From NCBI GenBank assembly GCA_964658305.1, contig OZ210885.1, positions 19,406,001 to 19,470,000 of the forward strand: a DNA stretch of 64,000 bases. The letters run 5' to 3'. Numbering within the stretch: position 1 is the stretch's first letter; each line of letters opens with the position of its first letter. Under the pieces are notes generated by a model. It was given only the letters and a program-made list of their open reading frames with translations. It did not search any database and was not told the origin of the DNA. The position numbers and the translations under genes were made by a program. The stretch comes from Leptogorgia sarmentosa. Its lineage: Eukaryota. Positions 1 to 12,830 of the stretch are shown piece by piece.

Positions 1-97
1 TATAGGAAAAACCATGTTTTTCGCATTTTACGACCGCATAACGTTTCCGATCACGTTCTAGCACCATTTTTCGGAAAAACTACCCATGCTGAAGGTT
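1..97. mobile_element. Arm fragment of the same MITE family as 59522-60391 (cut by the window edge)
   Basis: Bases 1-97 are nearly identical to about 59623-59720 and to the reverse complement of about 60182-60278. Confidence 0.85.
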
Positions 98-99
98 GT

Positions 100-1091
100 A
101 ACCACACATAAATGCAGTGTATTACTGGTCATTCTGATCACTGATCCATTCTTTCGAGAAGCTCCCTCCACCATCTCTCGATTTTGTTTTGGGTGGATGG
201 ACCATAGAGTATAGCATCTAATGGATCATCTAAATCGCCATTTTTTTTCTGAGGAAGCAATAAATTGTTGTCATTACATCCGTTTCTGTCCCTCTGTCCA
301 CCCTCAATGTCTGTGGTAAAACTGCAAAAACAACATAATGCAGCATTCCATATATTATACTTACAAATGTATGATGATTATACAGTATTTGTATGCAGAT
401 TTCATGCCCAAAAAAACAAATTATAAATAATGCACAACAATACAATTAAAAGGTTCCTACCCCTAGACTCAAACAGATATTCCAAGTAGAACCTTCCTAT
501 CACCATAGGGTTATTATTAGTTGTCCACACTCTAAGGAAATTCATCCTACCACTGTAGGTATCAAGCCCACCAAGAAGACAAACTTACAAACTTTTTGCA
601 TTTATTTCAGTAAGCATTCAATAGGGCATCCTCTCTTCAATAGGGCATCCTGTCTATTAAGCCTCTCCTCTCACTGAAGTCACATGTAACGAATGTGAGT
701 CAACTCGCCCCACATACCAACTTGGCCTTCAGTCGTTCTGGGTCTGCTTCCCCCATTACAGCATATACCAAATCGCGCGAAGCATCGAGCCCATGTACCT
801 CTCTAACTTTCTGCTGCATTGCTTGATAACCTAGAAGAACGCCTGGACCGTCTAATTCTTTTTTAACAGCTTTCTTGACGTCTTCCGATTCATTGGAATA
901 GTCGGTGTAATTGATTTCGCAGTGTTGAAGCCTACGACTTAAACTGCAAATGCTCCATGCATACATTGGATAATCCGCAATCATGAAGTCTAAAATCTCT
1001 TGACGTCTTAAATTCTGCCATACATATTTTTCAAGGTCTTGTCTCATCTCTTCATCATTTTCCCAATTGCTGTTCCTAATGCGTTCCACCA
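100..1091 (-). pseudogene. IS3EU-like integrase-core DDE transposase, intron-containing and degraded
   Basis: Minus-strand pieces read WSICSLSRRL..ELDGPGVLLGY, GLDTYSGRMNFLRVWTTNN, LRVDRGTE and GPSTQNKIERWWRELL. These parallel the transposase at 19734-20692. Confidence 0.75.
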
Positions 1092-2233
1092 TATTTACCC
1101 AGAGACAATACTTTATGTAAGATAAGTACAAGATACCAGATACCAAGGATCATTGATGGCACCACTATGGCCCCCATAGGCCATGTGCCTTATTAAGTTT
1201 TATTTTTATTTTAAAACTGAACTGATTTGATACAAAACAAAACAAAACTGAAAGAAAACAAAACAGATCTAAAAGATTTCTTAAAAAATAAAACACAATT
1301 TGTTTCTAAACAATTATAAACTATTATAAACTATATAAATGCAACAATAATTGAATAATTTATAATAAAAAAAGTGTTGGAACTGTTATGGCACTTGTAG
1401 GCCACCATACAGCACGTATTTCACAAGTTTCACGAATATTTTGCAATCACGCTCCGTGCGTGCTTCAGTTATCTCGCATTCCTCGCGGGATTAAGCAATG
1501 ATGTGTGTCATTATCTTGCGCTATAATTGTCAAGCATGAAGCATGTCAAAAAAAATAAAGTCATTTTTTAACAATACATGTACATCAGCCACTTTAGGCT
1601 GCAGTAAACAATGCACAACATCTGCAGCATCTGTATTTGCAAGCAACTCAGTAAAATCCATTCCTGCACAAAATAAAAGCCAAATACAGCACAATCGAGA
1701 TTTCTCAGAGACATGGATAAAAGGAACGTCAAACTTGCGTTTATCGAATGCTTCCGACCACTCGATGACAAAATGCCACGAAAATGCTTACAGATTATAT
1801 ATGAATGAATAAAGTCCAGTGGTAAACATGTTGATAATCTACTGAACCCGTTCAAACCAGCCATAGATCAATCAATGCTCCCAGATACATTTGGTAAATT
1901 AAGCAAAACTCAAGAAGAACGGGCAATTAAAAAGTTTGAAATCACTTATTATTTCATTACCAAAAAGTCATTACTTTTAACTGTTTACGAAGATTTAGTT
2001 GAATTAGAAAAGTGACACGGTGTTGATGTTGGCAATAGGGACTTTAAGATTGTGAGACTACCGACTACGTCAACAGTTCAATGTGATAAAACATCCAGTG
2101 AGAGGACTGGGGCGAGTACAGTGGAATGGCGCGAAGTGTACAGTGAAATTCAGTGCTTTGTTTTTGTTTAAGATAATGGTTCACTACGGTAAAGAATATG
2201 GTTGAATTTTTAGAGGACAGGTGTTTTAATTTT

Positions 2234-2990
2234 GAAATGGCATTCGCTGAAGTACATGATGCATTGGTTTATGCATTTGCAGATGAATATTTGAATGAGG
2301 AAAAGTTTTTAATTCTAAATGAGTTGTACGAACCGGTAAATCCAATGTACCCATACTGGGAATTTCAGCCCTTTTGCTTGGAAAACATGAATTCAAGTGA
2401 ATTCCTTGCAGAGTTTCGGGTAAAAAAGGATGATATTCCCCTAGTAGAAGAATGCCTGCATATTCCTGATCGTTTTGTGTGCCCTCAGGGGACAATTTGC
2501 AGTGGGTTCGCCTCACATCATGGGATCAGTTTTTCCTCTCGCCACCACATCTTAAACAATACGCTTGGTCCATAGCTGAAAAATAAAGTCCTCTAAAGAA
2601 CTGTTTTGGTTTTTATTGATGGTGCAGTTCGATCTATAACAAGACCAGATAAAAACTAAAGGATGGTGTACAATGGGCACAAAACGATTCATGGAAACCT
2701 TTATGGCCCAGTTGAGGGTCATAGACATGATACCTCAATGGTGCATGAATCCAGTCTCCTATTTGAGCTTGAAAGGGTTGCACATACTCCTGCAGGAGAT
2801 GTACTGTGTTTGTATGGAGACCCAGCCTACCCTCTCCGACCTCGGCTTATGTCACCATTTCGTCCGGATTTCATTCCTCTTTGGGGATGTAGCAAATTAC
2901 TTTAAATTTATTGACTACAAGAAAAACCTTAAAATTGGAATGAGTGCTGTTGGAAAGCAATAAATAATCAGTGCATTATTTATGGTGCAT
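2234..2990 (+). pseudogene. Harbinger DDE transposase (HARBI1-like), deleted and frameshifted
   Basis: Motifs CFGFIDG, VYNGHK, LYGPVEGHRHD and LYGDPAYP. Confidence 0.85.
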
Positions 2991-3470
2991 TATTTGTTTT
3001 TCTCTTCCTTTTTCTGGAAGACATGCCAATATTGCTTTCATCATTGCTATCATCATCACTGTTATCACTTGCTTTTTGAGACTTCCTCCAGGTTTTCGTG
3101 GCTTGATTTCGAACATCTAGGGCCTTTTGCCTTTCACTTTCCATTTTTTTATTTTCTTTTGTAGCAAATCCATCAATTCAATAATTTCTTGAAGAAGCAC
3201 ATCTATTTCAGTAGGTGGATCTGGACAAGTACCAGAAGAGTTCACCTCTTTTCTCATTTTTGCCTTGAATTCTGCAATCAATTTATTGAAATGTTCCCTG
3301 ACACTTCTTTGGTCTCTTGGCATATCTTTAAAACCATCATATTCATTAACGTGTTCAGCCAGCTCAGACCATTTTTGTCCAGCATCTTTTGATCCAATTT
3401 TGTAAGCATAAGGCTCGAGGATCTCTCACTTCTCGAAGAAATAAGACATCTTTGCATCCACTCCGGCAAA
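2990..3470 (-). pseudogene. Harbinger ORF2, Myb/SANT-like DNA-binding protein
   Basis: DQRSVREHFNKLIAEFKAKMRKEVNSSG..EIDVLLQEI; lies inside the TIRs, convergent with the transposase. Confidence 0.7.
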
Positions 3471-5437
3471 ATGTTCCACTATAAAAAAAGCAAATAGGTG
3501 ATAAAATTGCAAACTACAATGTATATAGTTTTTAGCATTTTTAAAAGCAATGAAAATTTTCTTTTTGGTGTTAAATGTGCAATTTTTTTTAGACTGCATG
3601 CAATATTTCAATGTATCACACAAAAAATTATTGTACTCACTTGTTTCTAGTATGACTGACCACATCAAAGTTGTTCATTTTCACATTCGAGCTAAAGTCA
3701 AGAAAGTTCATTTAAAAAGTTATCCTGTAATTGTATGTCGAACATTCACTTCGAATTCACATTCTTCATTAGTTTCGTACATGTACTGTACTACGTACTG
3801 TACTAAAGTGTAATTTTATAACCGTATTCGGGTTTGACAAGTCCAAATTTGCATTTATTTCATGGCTACGCTCAGGGGAGAACTGGTACAAATTACAAAA
3901 ACAACTTCCCTTGAACAATATAGTGGTAGATTAACAGATAGAAAAACCTACTTCATTCGAAAAAGACACACTCAAAAAACATCTCTAAGAGTACATTTTG
4001 ACGTGTATATTTTTATGAACTTAGAGAAAATTCAAAATGGCTCAAAAAACTCAAAATATACTCACATTTGAACATTCGGAGTCAACATTACAGGAAATCT
4101 TGTGACAACATACCGTAGCTAATTTCACGACGGTGAATTCCAGTTCACACGCATGCGGAATAACTCTCGCTCCAGATGTTTAACCGTTGATGTAGTCGGT
4201 AGTCTCACAATCTTAAAGTTCCTAATGTCTATAATACAAGGCAGCAGTGCGGTGAGTTTATCGATGTTCATGGCAAGACCTAGCAAGAGCAAAGTTCTAT
4301 AGGGTTTGACTGATGGCAGTACCAACAGTGCTATTACTGAAAAAGAAGTTGTCTATGTTCTACATTTTGACCCTTACTCCAACGAAGAACAGGTTGAAGT
4401 GAAACTGTCTTTCCTTTACTTAAAGGATGTACCCAAAGCAGACGCACAAGGAATAAAAACTGCAATTGAAGAAAGTTTTTATTCTTTAGGTATTTTCCTA
4501 AATGAACTGTATTCAAAGTTGATCGGTTTCGGAGCAGATGCTGCTTCGGTTAATAGCAGAAACAAGAATGGGGTTAACGCATTATTGGAAGAAAGCGCAC
4601 CATGGCTAATGTACACTTAGTGTATTGCTCACAAGTTAGAACTTGCGTTAAAAGATGGACTGAACGGGACAACTTTTCAGAAAGTTGATGAAATGCTCAA
4701 TAAACTTTATTCTCTTTATAGTAAATCTCCAAAAAAACTACTACATGAACTTAAAGTTCTTCATGATGTACTTAAGGACAGCATTGATTTTGAAGAGGGT
4801 TCTCTCAAACCGAAACGCTCTTCGGGCACAAGATGGATATCATTTAAGTTGTCAGCATTGAGACTGGCGTTTGATAAGTGTATGCAGCATCTAGAGAATT
4901 TAATTGCAGATGATACTACAAATTCCAAAGATCGGGAAAAGTTAAGAGGTTATTTGCGTAGATGGAAGTCAAGCGAGATGCTGTTATACATCGCATTTTT
5001 TATTGATGTTTTGAACCCAGCTAAAATGCTATCTAAAGCATTTCAAGAAGATGGTATTGACAGTGTAGGAGCAGTACACAATCTGAAGAGATCTGAGCAG
5101 GAACTAGATAAATTAAAACAAACAAGACGCTCTGCAGAGCGTTAACTCGCTGGGGCTACACAACTGACGCACATTACTGTTGTTAAGATCTAATTATTGG
5201 GGTGAGCCTGAGCGAGGCCCACAGTTTGGTGGCTCACCGAGCTCAAGCGCAATGCATTATGGTGCGTACGTACGTACACAGAACTTTTGTTACAGTGATT
5301 TAAATCCTACCGGCTTTTCGCCTCGCACCGGCTGACAGTTTTTCATGCGATATGCTAGGCAATATATTCTTCATGCCAAATAACAAATGGAATGGTCAGT
5401 ATTATTTACATTTTACAGTAGTCAGTATAATTAAGCA

Positions 5438-6322
5438 CATCGCAATTTACTTTAGTGAGTTGCGGTTCAAATTTTGATACACTGAAGCCCGATTTGATTT
5501 GTCATTTGGGCTGAATATTCTGCAATTCTGTTATTCTTCTCTAAAAAAGATCTTGTTTGCAAGTTTTTGCAATCCGGCATCCGGCTCTCTGTATGATGCA
5601 TTAAATGTTTTGTTTAATTTAATTAATACATGCAGTATATTTCATCGCAATTTTACTTTACTCGATTTCTGATCGTGAGTGAGTTGCAGATCAAATTCTG
5701 ATGCAAAGCCACATTTCAATTTGAATTGGGCTGAATATTATGTAATTCTGTTATTCTTCTCTGAGACTATGAAAAAAACATTACAGTATTTTACTATTTG
5801 CAAGTTTTTGCAATCCGGCTCTGTACAGTATCTATTAAATGTTTTGTTTACATTCAGTATTATTAAGCTACGGATACACGAGCAATGTTTTTCAGGCGAC
5901 AACAAGGCAATCGCAGTAAAATCGTTGCATTGTGTAGTTAGAAGTTGCTCGTGTACCACACTCCGTGACGGTAACGCAAACCATCTAGTAATCGTTGCCA
6001 AAATTTCAAACCATTGAACTTTGGGCAACAATTGCCGTAGAATTGTAGGCGTGGTCAAGCAAGGTCAAAGTTTATACTTGACAATTAAAGCATGAGCAAA
6101 ATATTGCAGACAACATTGCACGCACAATTGCATGTGTAGCCAATTCAGGCGACGTCAGTGCTATGAATATTTTGAAAATGCGTTGCCGTCGCCTGAAAAA
6201 TACTGCCCATGTATCCGTAGCTTTAAGGGTCAAGGGAGTGAGTTGCGGATCAAATTCTGATGCAAAGCCCGATTTCGATTTGATTTTGGCTGAATATTTT
6301 GTAATTCTGTTATTTTTGTCTA
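5438..6322. repeat. Three diverged copies of a 90-200 bp unit
   Basis: The core GTGAGTTGC..TCAAATT.TGAT..GCTGAATATT..AATTCTGTTATT recurs near 5456, 5679 and 6238. Confidence 0.8.
5866..6222. mobile_element. Tourist/Harbinger-type MITE
   Basis: About 35-bp imperfect TIR AGCTACGGATACA..TTTTTCAGGCGAC. TTA TSD at 5863-5865 and 6223-6225. Confidence 0.88.
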
Positions 6323-6677
6323 TGAGTTAAGTGCTATTACAAATCGTCCTCTCATGTCAAATGGGCATGTTGTTGTACATTTAGTACTGCTCTGCTTGAT
6401 ACACAAAAACGCTCATTGACAAAAAATGAATTTATTTCAGGTAGGTTAGGGTTTCTGTATTGTCTCAACAAGGCAGGAGAAAACATTTGGGCATTTTGTG
6501 GGAGCAATTTTACAATACCCCGCCACCATAAGCTGTTGTAATTAGCAACTTGGCTACGTGGCTACTTGGCTACTCTGCCTTCATAGTATGTGCTCGCAAT
6601 TCATATTTGAAATTTTCAAAAATAAGATATCCTCGTGGAATATATGCTGTAAACTAAACCAAAACCCAGCGCAAACC

Positions 6678-6742
6678 ATACCCCCTACTCTTACTCCTAC
6701 CCCAACCCTAACCCCAGTCCTAACCCCAACCCTGACCCTAAC
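6678..6742. repeat. Degenerate telomere-like (CCCTAA)-type hexamer tract
   Basis: ccctactcttactcctaccccaaccctaaccccagtcctaaccccaaccctgaccctaac. Confidence 0.7.
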
Positions 6743-7213
6743 AGTGACGTTATAAACTATTTGAAAATGAAAGGTTGAGGCAACAAGAAAAACAACCATA
6801 AGAAGCGAATGCAATAAAAAGTGTAGCTTAAACAGAATTGCGAATGCTTGTGTCAACAATCGCGACCCGCTTACCTTTGGCACTCTAGGCACAGACTAAC
6901 ATGTAAATATATATTTAGATATATACGTATAGGAAAATAATTTGGATACCTTCTGCCCTTGGCAGGACCTTTGCTGTTAGCAGTTCTGGTGTTACGACCT
7001 TTGCTCTTGGCACTTCTGGTGTTAGGACCTTTGCTCTTGGCACTTCTGCCTTCGGCACTTGCATGTGTGTTGAGGCATCATCTGAAGTGGTTTTGACGGC
7101 ATCTACAAATTACACGTTTAACACCTTTGAATATCTTCACAAGTGGACTATAAACATTTTGTGAAACTGGTTTATCTTTAACCACTCGCACGCTTACGAG
7201 TTGTATTAGATGT

Positions 7214-8898
7214 TCACTGTATAGGTTGATTTTGGCGGGTTTTGTTAGCAATTTTTTTGAGTCTTTCCTGTTCTTTAACTCTGTATTTGAGTGTTTGTAA
7301 TTGTTTTATAGAAGTGAGTCGATCAAACGTGATGGGTTCAATTATTAAGGAGGATAGATTACGAACTCGGCTTAGAGCGACATATGTCATCCCAACTGTT
7401 AACTCTTTTTTCCCTACATTAACCCATGTGTAATCCAATGTCATTCCTTGACTTTTATGGATAGTTAATGCCCAGGCAAGAGTCAATGGTAATTGTTGTC
7501 GTTCATGGATAGTTTTTTCAGTGTTAATACCTGCAGTAACTGGTGTGATAGGAACAAACGATTTTCTATTGAAAAATGACGGCCCAATATAATCATTGAA
7601 TTTAACAATTACAGCAATTGGTAAACTAGGCGGGGTGTGATTAGGTGTGTATATTATATTGATCACTTTTCCAGTCGATCCATTGCAAAGACCAGCTGAG
7701 TCATAGTCAACATGACTTTAGCACCTTTGCAGAGAAATATTGATGGTTGCAGACCAAAAAGTTGTCGAGGACTTATATTCTTAGCTTTGGTACTCGAATG
7801 ACGAGCATTTATCATAGCAATGGGAGCATTCAACTTTGTCAATTGTTCGTAATTATAACTTGCCACATCTTTATTATTGTAAAATAATCTTGTTGCCGTA
7901 TTGAAATTGTCTAGGTTTTTCACTTTGCTTGGTTGTCTATCAAGTATTTTTTTCCAATCATCAATAGTCGATTGACCATTTCTCAATCTACCCAAGAGAT
8001 CTCGGAAAGATTGTTGACTGGATTCTAGGCCGGTTACTCTTCGATTTTTTGTTAATTCAACAACTTTCTTAAACATGGAGTACACTATAAAACCTTGTTG
8101 ACCTATGTCATTTGATGGTTCGGAGTGAAATAGCGGTTTGTCATCAACAGGTGGCAATTGACCATTGTCCCCAGTTAAAATAATTGACTTCCCACCAAAA
8201 ATTTTCTTGTTTCAGTCTTGTTTTAGTTTGGGAACATTCTAGCCACAGCATTTTGTTGCTGATTACTACTTTGAACTGCGTTGCAAAATTGACCAAATTT
8301 AAATTAAGTATATTTGGATAAATCTGTTGAAAAACATTTCTCTTAGCATAAGAATCTAACAATGAGTCTTTAGTGCAGTATTCAGACTTTTTTGCTTTAG
8401 TCTCAACTCTTCGTGACCATTTAAATTCACAGGTATGAACTATGACATGAAAAGTGGAGCTGTGCAACTTGAGTGATAGCAATAGGTGCATTGTTTCTTG
8501 GGCACCATATTCTCTTTCACCAAGTGATTTTATCATTATCTTTTTCACAGCTTTAGCAGTATTTGGAATTGCATCTTCACTACTCATAATACCACTAAAT
8601 GCATCATTAAGTATGGTGGATCTAGGCTCACCTTTAGCTGCATATTTACACAAATACTCATAATGCATAATAGTCAATTATGACCTGTATGTCACAATTT
8701 GCCCTCCAACCCTGCAATTGTATTTTTTGATGATTGTTTAGTCTTGGATAATTTCTTTTAGTTATTAATTTGGCTCTATACAAGACAGATTCTTTCTTAG
8801 TATTAACTGGTTCAAATGTCAATTTGGTTTGGTCGCAGCAGTCAAAAGGGTACTTGAAGCGACACTGCAGTTCTTTCGAGCCTGATATGTATTTCAAA
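7214..8898 (-). pseudogene. Helitron Rep C-terminus plus PIF1 helicase (frameshifted, internally deleted)
   Basis: Motifs CRFKYP, WRANCDIQ, YLCKYAAKGE, QLPPV, RQQLPLTLAWALTIHKSQGMTL and YVALSRVR. No APE domain follows the helicase. Confidence 0.92.
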
Positions 8899-11883
8899 CA
8901 GTGGCGTAACGCACAGTAGTCAGGGTTAGTTCAAGAACTAAGGGCCCCCGACAGTTGGGGGCCCCCACTAAATTTAGGTTAATACGGTCAAGATTTAGAT
9001 TAATGCAGTTATACGATACCATAAATAAAAATCGACAGTACCAACAAACATCGGTATTCGGTAATGGCAACTGACATTATATTTCATTTCAAATGAACAA
9101 AAGTCATTCTAATTAGTTATTACATGAAGTACCTACACGTAAAAATTAAAAATTCGAAACAAAATGTCTGACATGATGGATCGAAAGCGAAAATACAAAT
9201 CTGGGGCACAGAAGAGAGCCGAAAAAAAGAAAAAAACGAAAAGTTCTTTATCAAATACACGTTGCATATCAACATATATAAAAGATAATGTCGACAATAA
9301 TGAAGATTCGTATAATGAAGTCGAAGACGATTCCTTCAGTTATGACAATGCCGAAAAGGATTTAAATTTCTCGATTTGCCCTAAGTCCAGTCATGGTGAA
9401 ACTGGTGACAAGGACGAAAGTTTCACACCTTTGAAACTTTCCAGTTCTACTTTAGCAAATTTGGATAAAAATAAAGATCTGGTGTTTGACACGACAAGGA
9501 AGTTCCCAAGCAACCGTGGTCATTTTAAGGAAAACATAACTGATTGTGATTTGAAAATACTGATTATGCAGCATAAGTCATGCAGACCAACAGGACCCTT
9601 CGAATATGAAGATGACGAAGGGAATTCAATAGTGAATTTCAGTGCCAGATACTACAATAAGCATGTTAATAATATGTCAATACAAAGACTTTGGTTATGC
9701 TATTCAATGGAACTGAAAAAGGCTTATTGCGAAGTTTGTTGGTTGTTTGCTGATTGTGCATCATCAAATTATGAAAATCACAGAGGATGGATAAATGGAG
9801 TATCTGGTGGCTTGCATAATATGCTCGAAAAAATTAAGAGGCACGAAGCTTCCAACGTGCATATACAGGCAACCGCAGTCTATATGAGATGGAAATTCTG
9901 GCAAGATCGCTCTACATGAAGATAATGAGAAAGAAATCAGAAACAATGCTCTCTTCTGGGTTAAAGTTCTTGACCGAATCATGACAATAATATTGACTCT
10001 TGCCCCGCTAAGTCTGGCATTTAGAGGTCACAACGAGCAGGTTCATGAAAACATTTGTGAAGGTGGAAACTTTCTTGGTATGGTATATATGATGGCTCAG
10101 TACGACGAGATTCTTGCAAAAGTTATCTCACTTCCCGCCCGTGCAACAAAGTATCTTAGCCCAAAAATTCAAAACGAGTTAATACAACTTCTAGCAAAAA
10201 CAGTCACGGTTTCTTTGGTTAACAAGATCAATGCTTCGCCATTTTGGGCTCTCATTTTAGATTCTACTAGCGATATAACTAGAATTGATCAGTTAAGCGT
10301 TATAATTCAAAAATACGTGGACAAGGATATGACGGCGCAAGCGTAATGAGTGGTATTCATGCTGGCGTGCAAAAGTTGATTAAAAGTATGGTTACCGCCC
10401 CAGTTCCTTTCGTTCATTGCGGCAGCCATAATTTGAACCTGGTAATCAACGATGCTGTCAATTCAGTTGTAGAAAATAATCATTTCTTTGGGCTATTAAA
10501 GGAAATATTTAGCTTTTCCGCACCTTCGTTAAACAGATGGAGAGAACTCGGTCTTGAAGCTGAAAAAGGATCTCTCACACTCAAGAAATTATGCACAACG
10601 CGATGGAGTTCGCGAATTGATGCTGTACGGGCTGTACGTGACAGGTACCCACATATCATGAAAGTATTAACACGGTTGTCTTTAACATCTACTAACAAAG
10701 CAGAAAGAGATGATGCAAAACAATTGAAAAACAAAATAGATAAACTGGAATTTGTTTTATTTATCGTTATGTGCGAGCAAGTTTTGCGAGCAATCAACAG
10801 CGCTTCAAATGAGTTGCAGTCGCAAAAGATTGATCTGTCCGTTGCATCAAGGCTCTTAAGCTGTGCATTATCGGAACTCGTGATCTTAAGAAGTTTGTGG
10901 AACTCAGTTCTTTTAACTGCGACAGCATTACTCCAGTCCTGGAGTTCATCTGTGACGTTTGAGAACAAGAGCAATCGCAAAACAAAACGGTTTTTTGATG
11001 AACTTTCTACTGATCAAAGACTAACTGATCCTGAAGAAGCTTTCAAAATCAACATATTTTACCAAACGGTTCACAATGCCATTATGCAACTCAAACAACG
11101 GTTTGAAGGTCAGAAAATGGTCACCAGTCTATTCAGTTGCCTTCATCCACAAAACATGTCTCAGTTGAAGTCACCTCAGCTTGAAACTGTTGCAGAAGCA
11201 ATTGTAGAAGAATATCCAGCTGATTTTACTGATGAACTTGTGTCTGAATTTCGATCTTTTGTCAACGAATTCAGAAAGGAAATCGCAGAGCGAAAATCTG
11301 TTACGGATGTGATTTGTTTAATGCTTGAAAGCCGTGTCAGTTCCTCTTTCTCGCAACTCCTCATCCTATTTGCAACGATTCCTGTTACTGTTGCTACAGC
11401 AGAACACTCATTCTCTAAACTGAAGCTGATAAAGACGTATCTCAGGTCTAAAATATCCCAAGAAAGGCTTTCAGGTTTAGCGATACTTTCCATCGAAAAT
11501 AAAGAAGCGAAAGCTGTTGACAAGAACGAGCTGATCCACCGATTCGCCAATGAAAATGCGAGAAGGAAGAAACGAATAGGTGTTTAAGTTTACAGTTTAC
11601 ATAATTAAACGTTTTGTTAATTTAACTTTTTGACATTCTCCAGTTTTGGTAAAAATGATGTAAAAATAATTAGTACATGGTGTTTTGATTATACAGATTA
11701 TATGTTATATACAACATGTTCTGGTTTCAAAAATTTTCGGAGAGCAAGCTCCCTGACCGACCCCCTCTAAGAAGGTCGCGGTCTGACACACATACAGCGC
11801 GTTTCATCACTAACCATGTATGACAAATAGGCCCCCAGCACCAAATACGCCTAAGGGCCCTGTGTTCCTCTGTTACGCCACTG
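8899..11883 (+). mobile_element. hAT transposon inserted in the Helitron Rep domain
   Basis: TIR CAGTGGCGTAAC / GTTACGCCACTG. 8-bp TSD ATTTCAAA at 8891-8898 and 11884-11891. Confidence 0.97.
9164..11587 (+). pseudogene. hAT transposase (ZMYM1-like, DUF4371 plus dimerisation domain), frameshifted
   Basis: Motifs AFRGH, GNFL, LDSTSD, HCGSHNLNL, TRWSSR and PVTVATAEHSFSKLKLIKTYLRS. Confidence 0.92.
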
Positions 11884-12586
11884 ATTTCAAACAATATTTG
11901 GTGCTACAATGCTCTCTGCACTGTGTTTAGAAGATCTATATAGTCAGACTCTGTTTCGGTTTGAGGAATTTTGTTATATCGTCTGGTATCGAGGTAAATT
12001 AACACAATGTCCTTTGTAGCCTCTTTGGCCACCAGCATTGATAAAAACCTTCATAATAGGAAGTGCTTGCAAAATTAGCATTTCTTCAATCTGAGTCAAA
12101 TTTTGCAACTCAGAAGGTACAGCTGAAGGAATCATAAAATTATCCACAGAAAAGACCTTCGGTTTTTTTTGTCTCTAGAGCATCTAAGACAAGTATAGGC
12201 AGTTGCACACTTAGGTTTTGTTTTTAGAGGCCATGCTTCTTTGCAAATTATGCATTGGTAAATAACATAATGAATAGATTTATGAAATTTAGCATTACTC
12301 TTACTAGCTTGAGTGGCAAAGATGTTAATGTCAGGAAAGCCATTGTGACAAAATTGGGTTTCTTGTGTTTCACAAACAGTTTTATTATTATTTAAAAGAT
12401 TATGTTGCTCATGCACACATTTTTCTGTTTCACTGCAGTTGAATGACGTCTTATGCTGATTTATACCAGAGTTGACTATGGTTTGACGTAGACTAGCCTC
12501 AGTGGGAGAAGCATTTAAAACAACATCATAATGTACCCCATTAGTGTTGTTTAAATAAATTGCACAAGTGCAGTTTGGTTGTTTTC
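11884..12586 (-). pseudogene. Helitron segment: end of OTU2, CxxC zinc finger, DUF6570-like start, deletion, Rep fragment
   Basis: [43 protein letters not shown], then CSTKYCLK. Confidence 0.8.
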
Positions 12587-12670
12587 TACGATGGCCCAGA
12601 AGGCTCACAGTCCAGTTAAATTTTCTTGCAGTTCTGTATGGCTTTTCGAAAGTCCTGTAAAATTTGAACG

Positions 12671-12785
12671 AAGTCCAGTAAAATTTTTTCAACGCAGTCC
12701 AGTAAAATTTTTTCAAAGCAGTCCAGTAAAAATTTTTCAACACAGTCCAGTAAAAATTTTTCAACACAGTCCAGTAAAATTTTTG
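12671..12785. repeat. 21-22 bp tandem repeats in the left TIR (inverted copy at about 20860-20975)
   Basis: CAGTCCAGTAAAATTTTTTCAACG repeated about five times. Confidence 0.9.
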
Positions 12786-12830
12786 ATTACGAGATCAATG
12801 ATACAGAAAGTGGATATTAATAAAGTAAAC

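Larger units (their letters stand above)
2037..4223 (+). mobile_element. PIF/Harbinger DNA transposon with AAT TSD
   Basis: About 38-bp TIR AGG(G/A)ACTTTAAGATTGTGAGACTACCGACTAC. TSD AAT at 2034-2036 and 4224-4226. Convergent transposase and Myb/SANT ORFs. Confidence 0.92.
1543..5120 (+). pseudogene. hAT transposase (ZNF862-like), split by a Harbinger element and 3'-truncated by a Helitron
   Basis: Motifs LTDGSTN, FGADAASVN, CIAHKLELALKD and SGTRW. HGVDVGN|VYNTRQQCGEF rejoins across 2037-4223. Confidence 0.85.

Noticed and set aside
6678..6742. True telomere or chromosome-fusion site
   Set aside because: The tract is short, degenerate, in one orientation and internal to a TE.
7214..8157. Host PIF1 gene
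   Set aside because: It is collinear with Helitron Rep motifs and frameshifted.
10480..11550. Long antisense ORFs over transposases and RTs
   Set aside because: They are shadow frames of real coding sequence, with no motifs.
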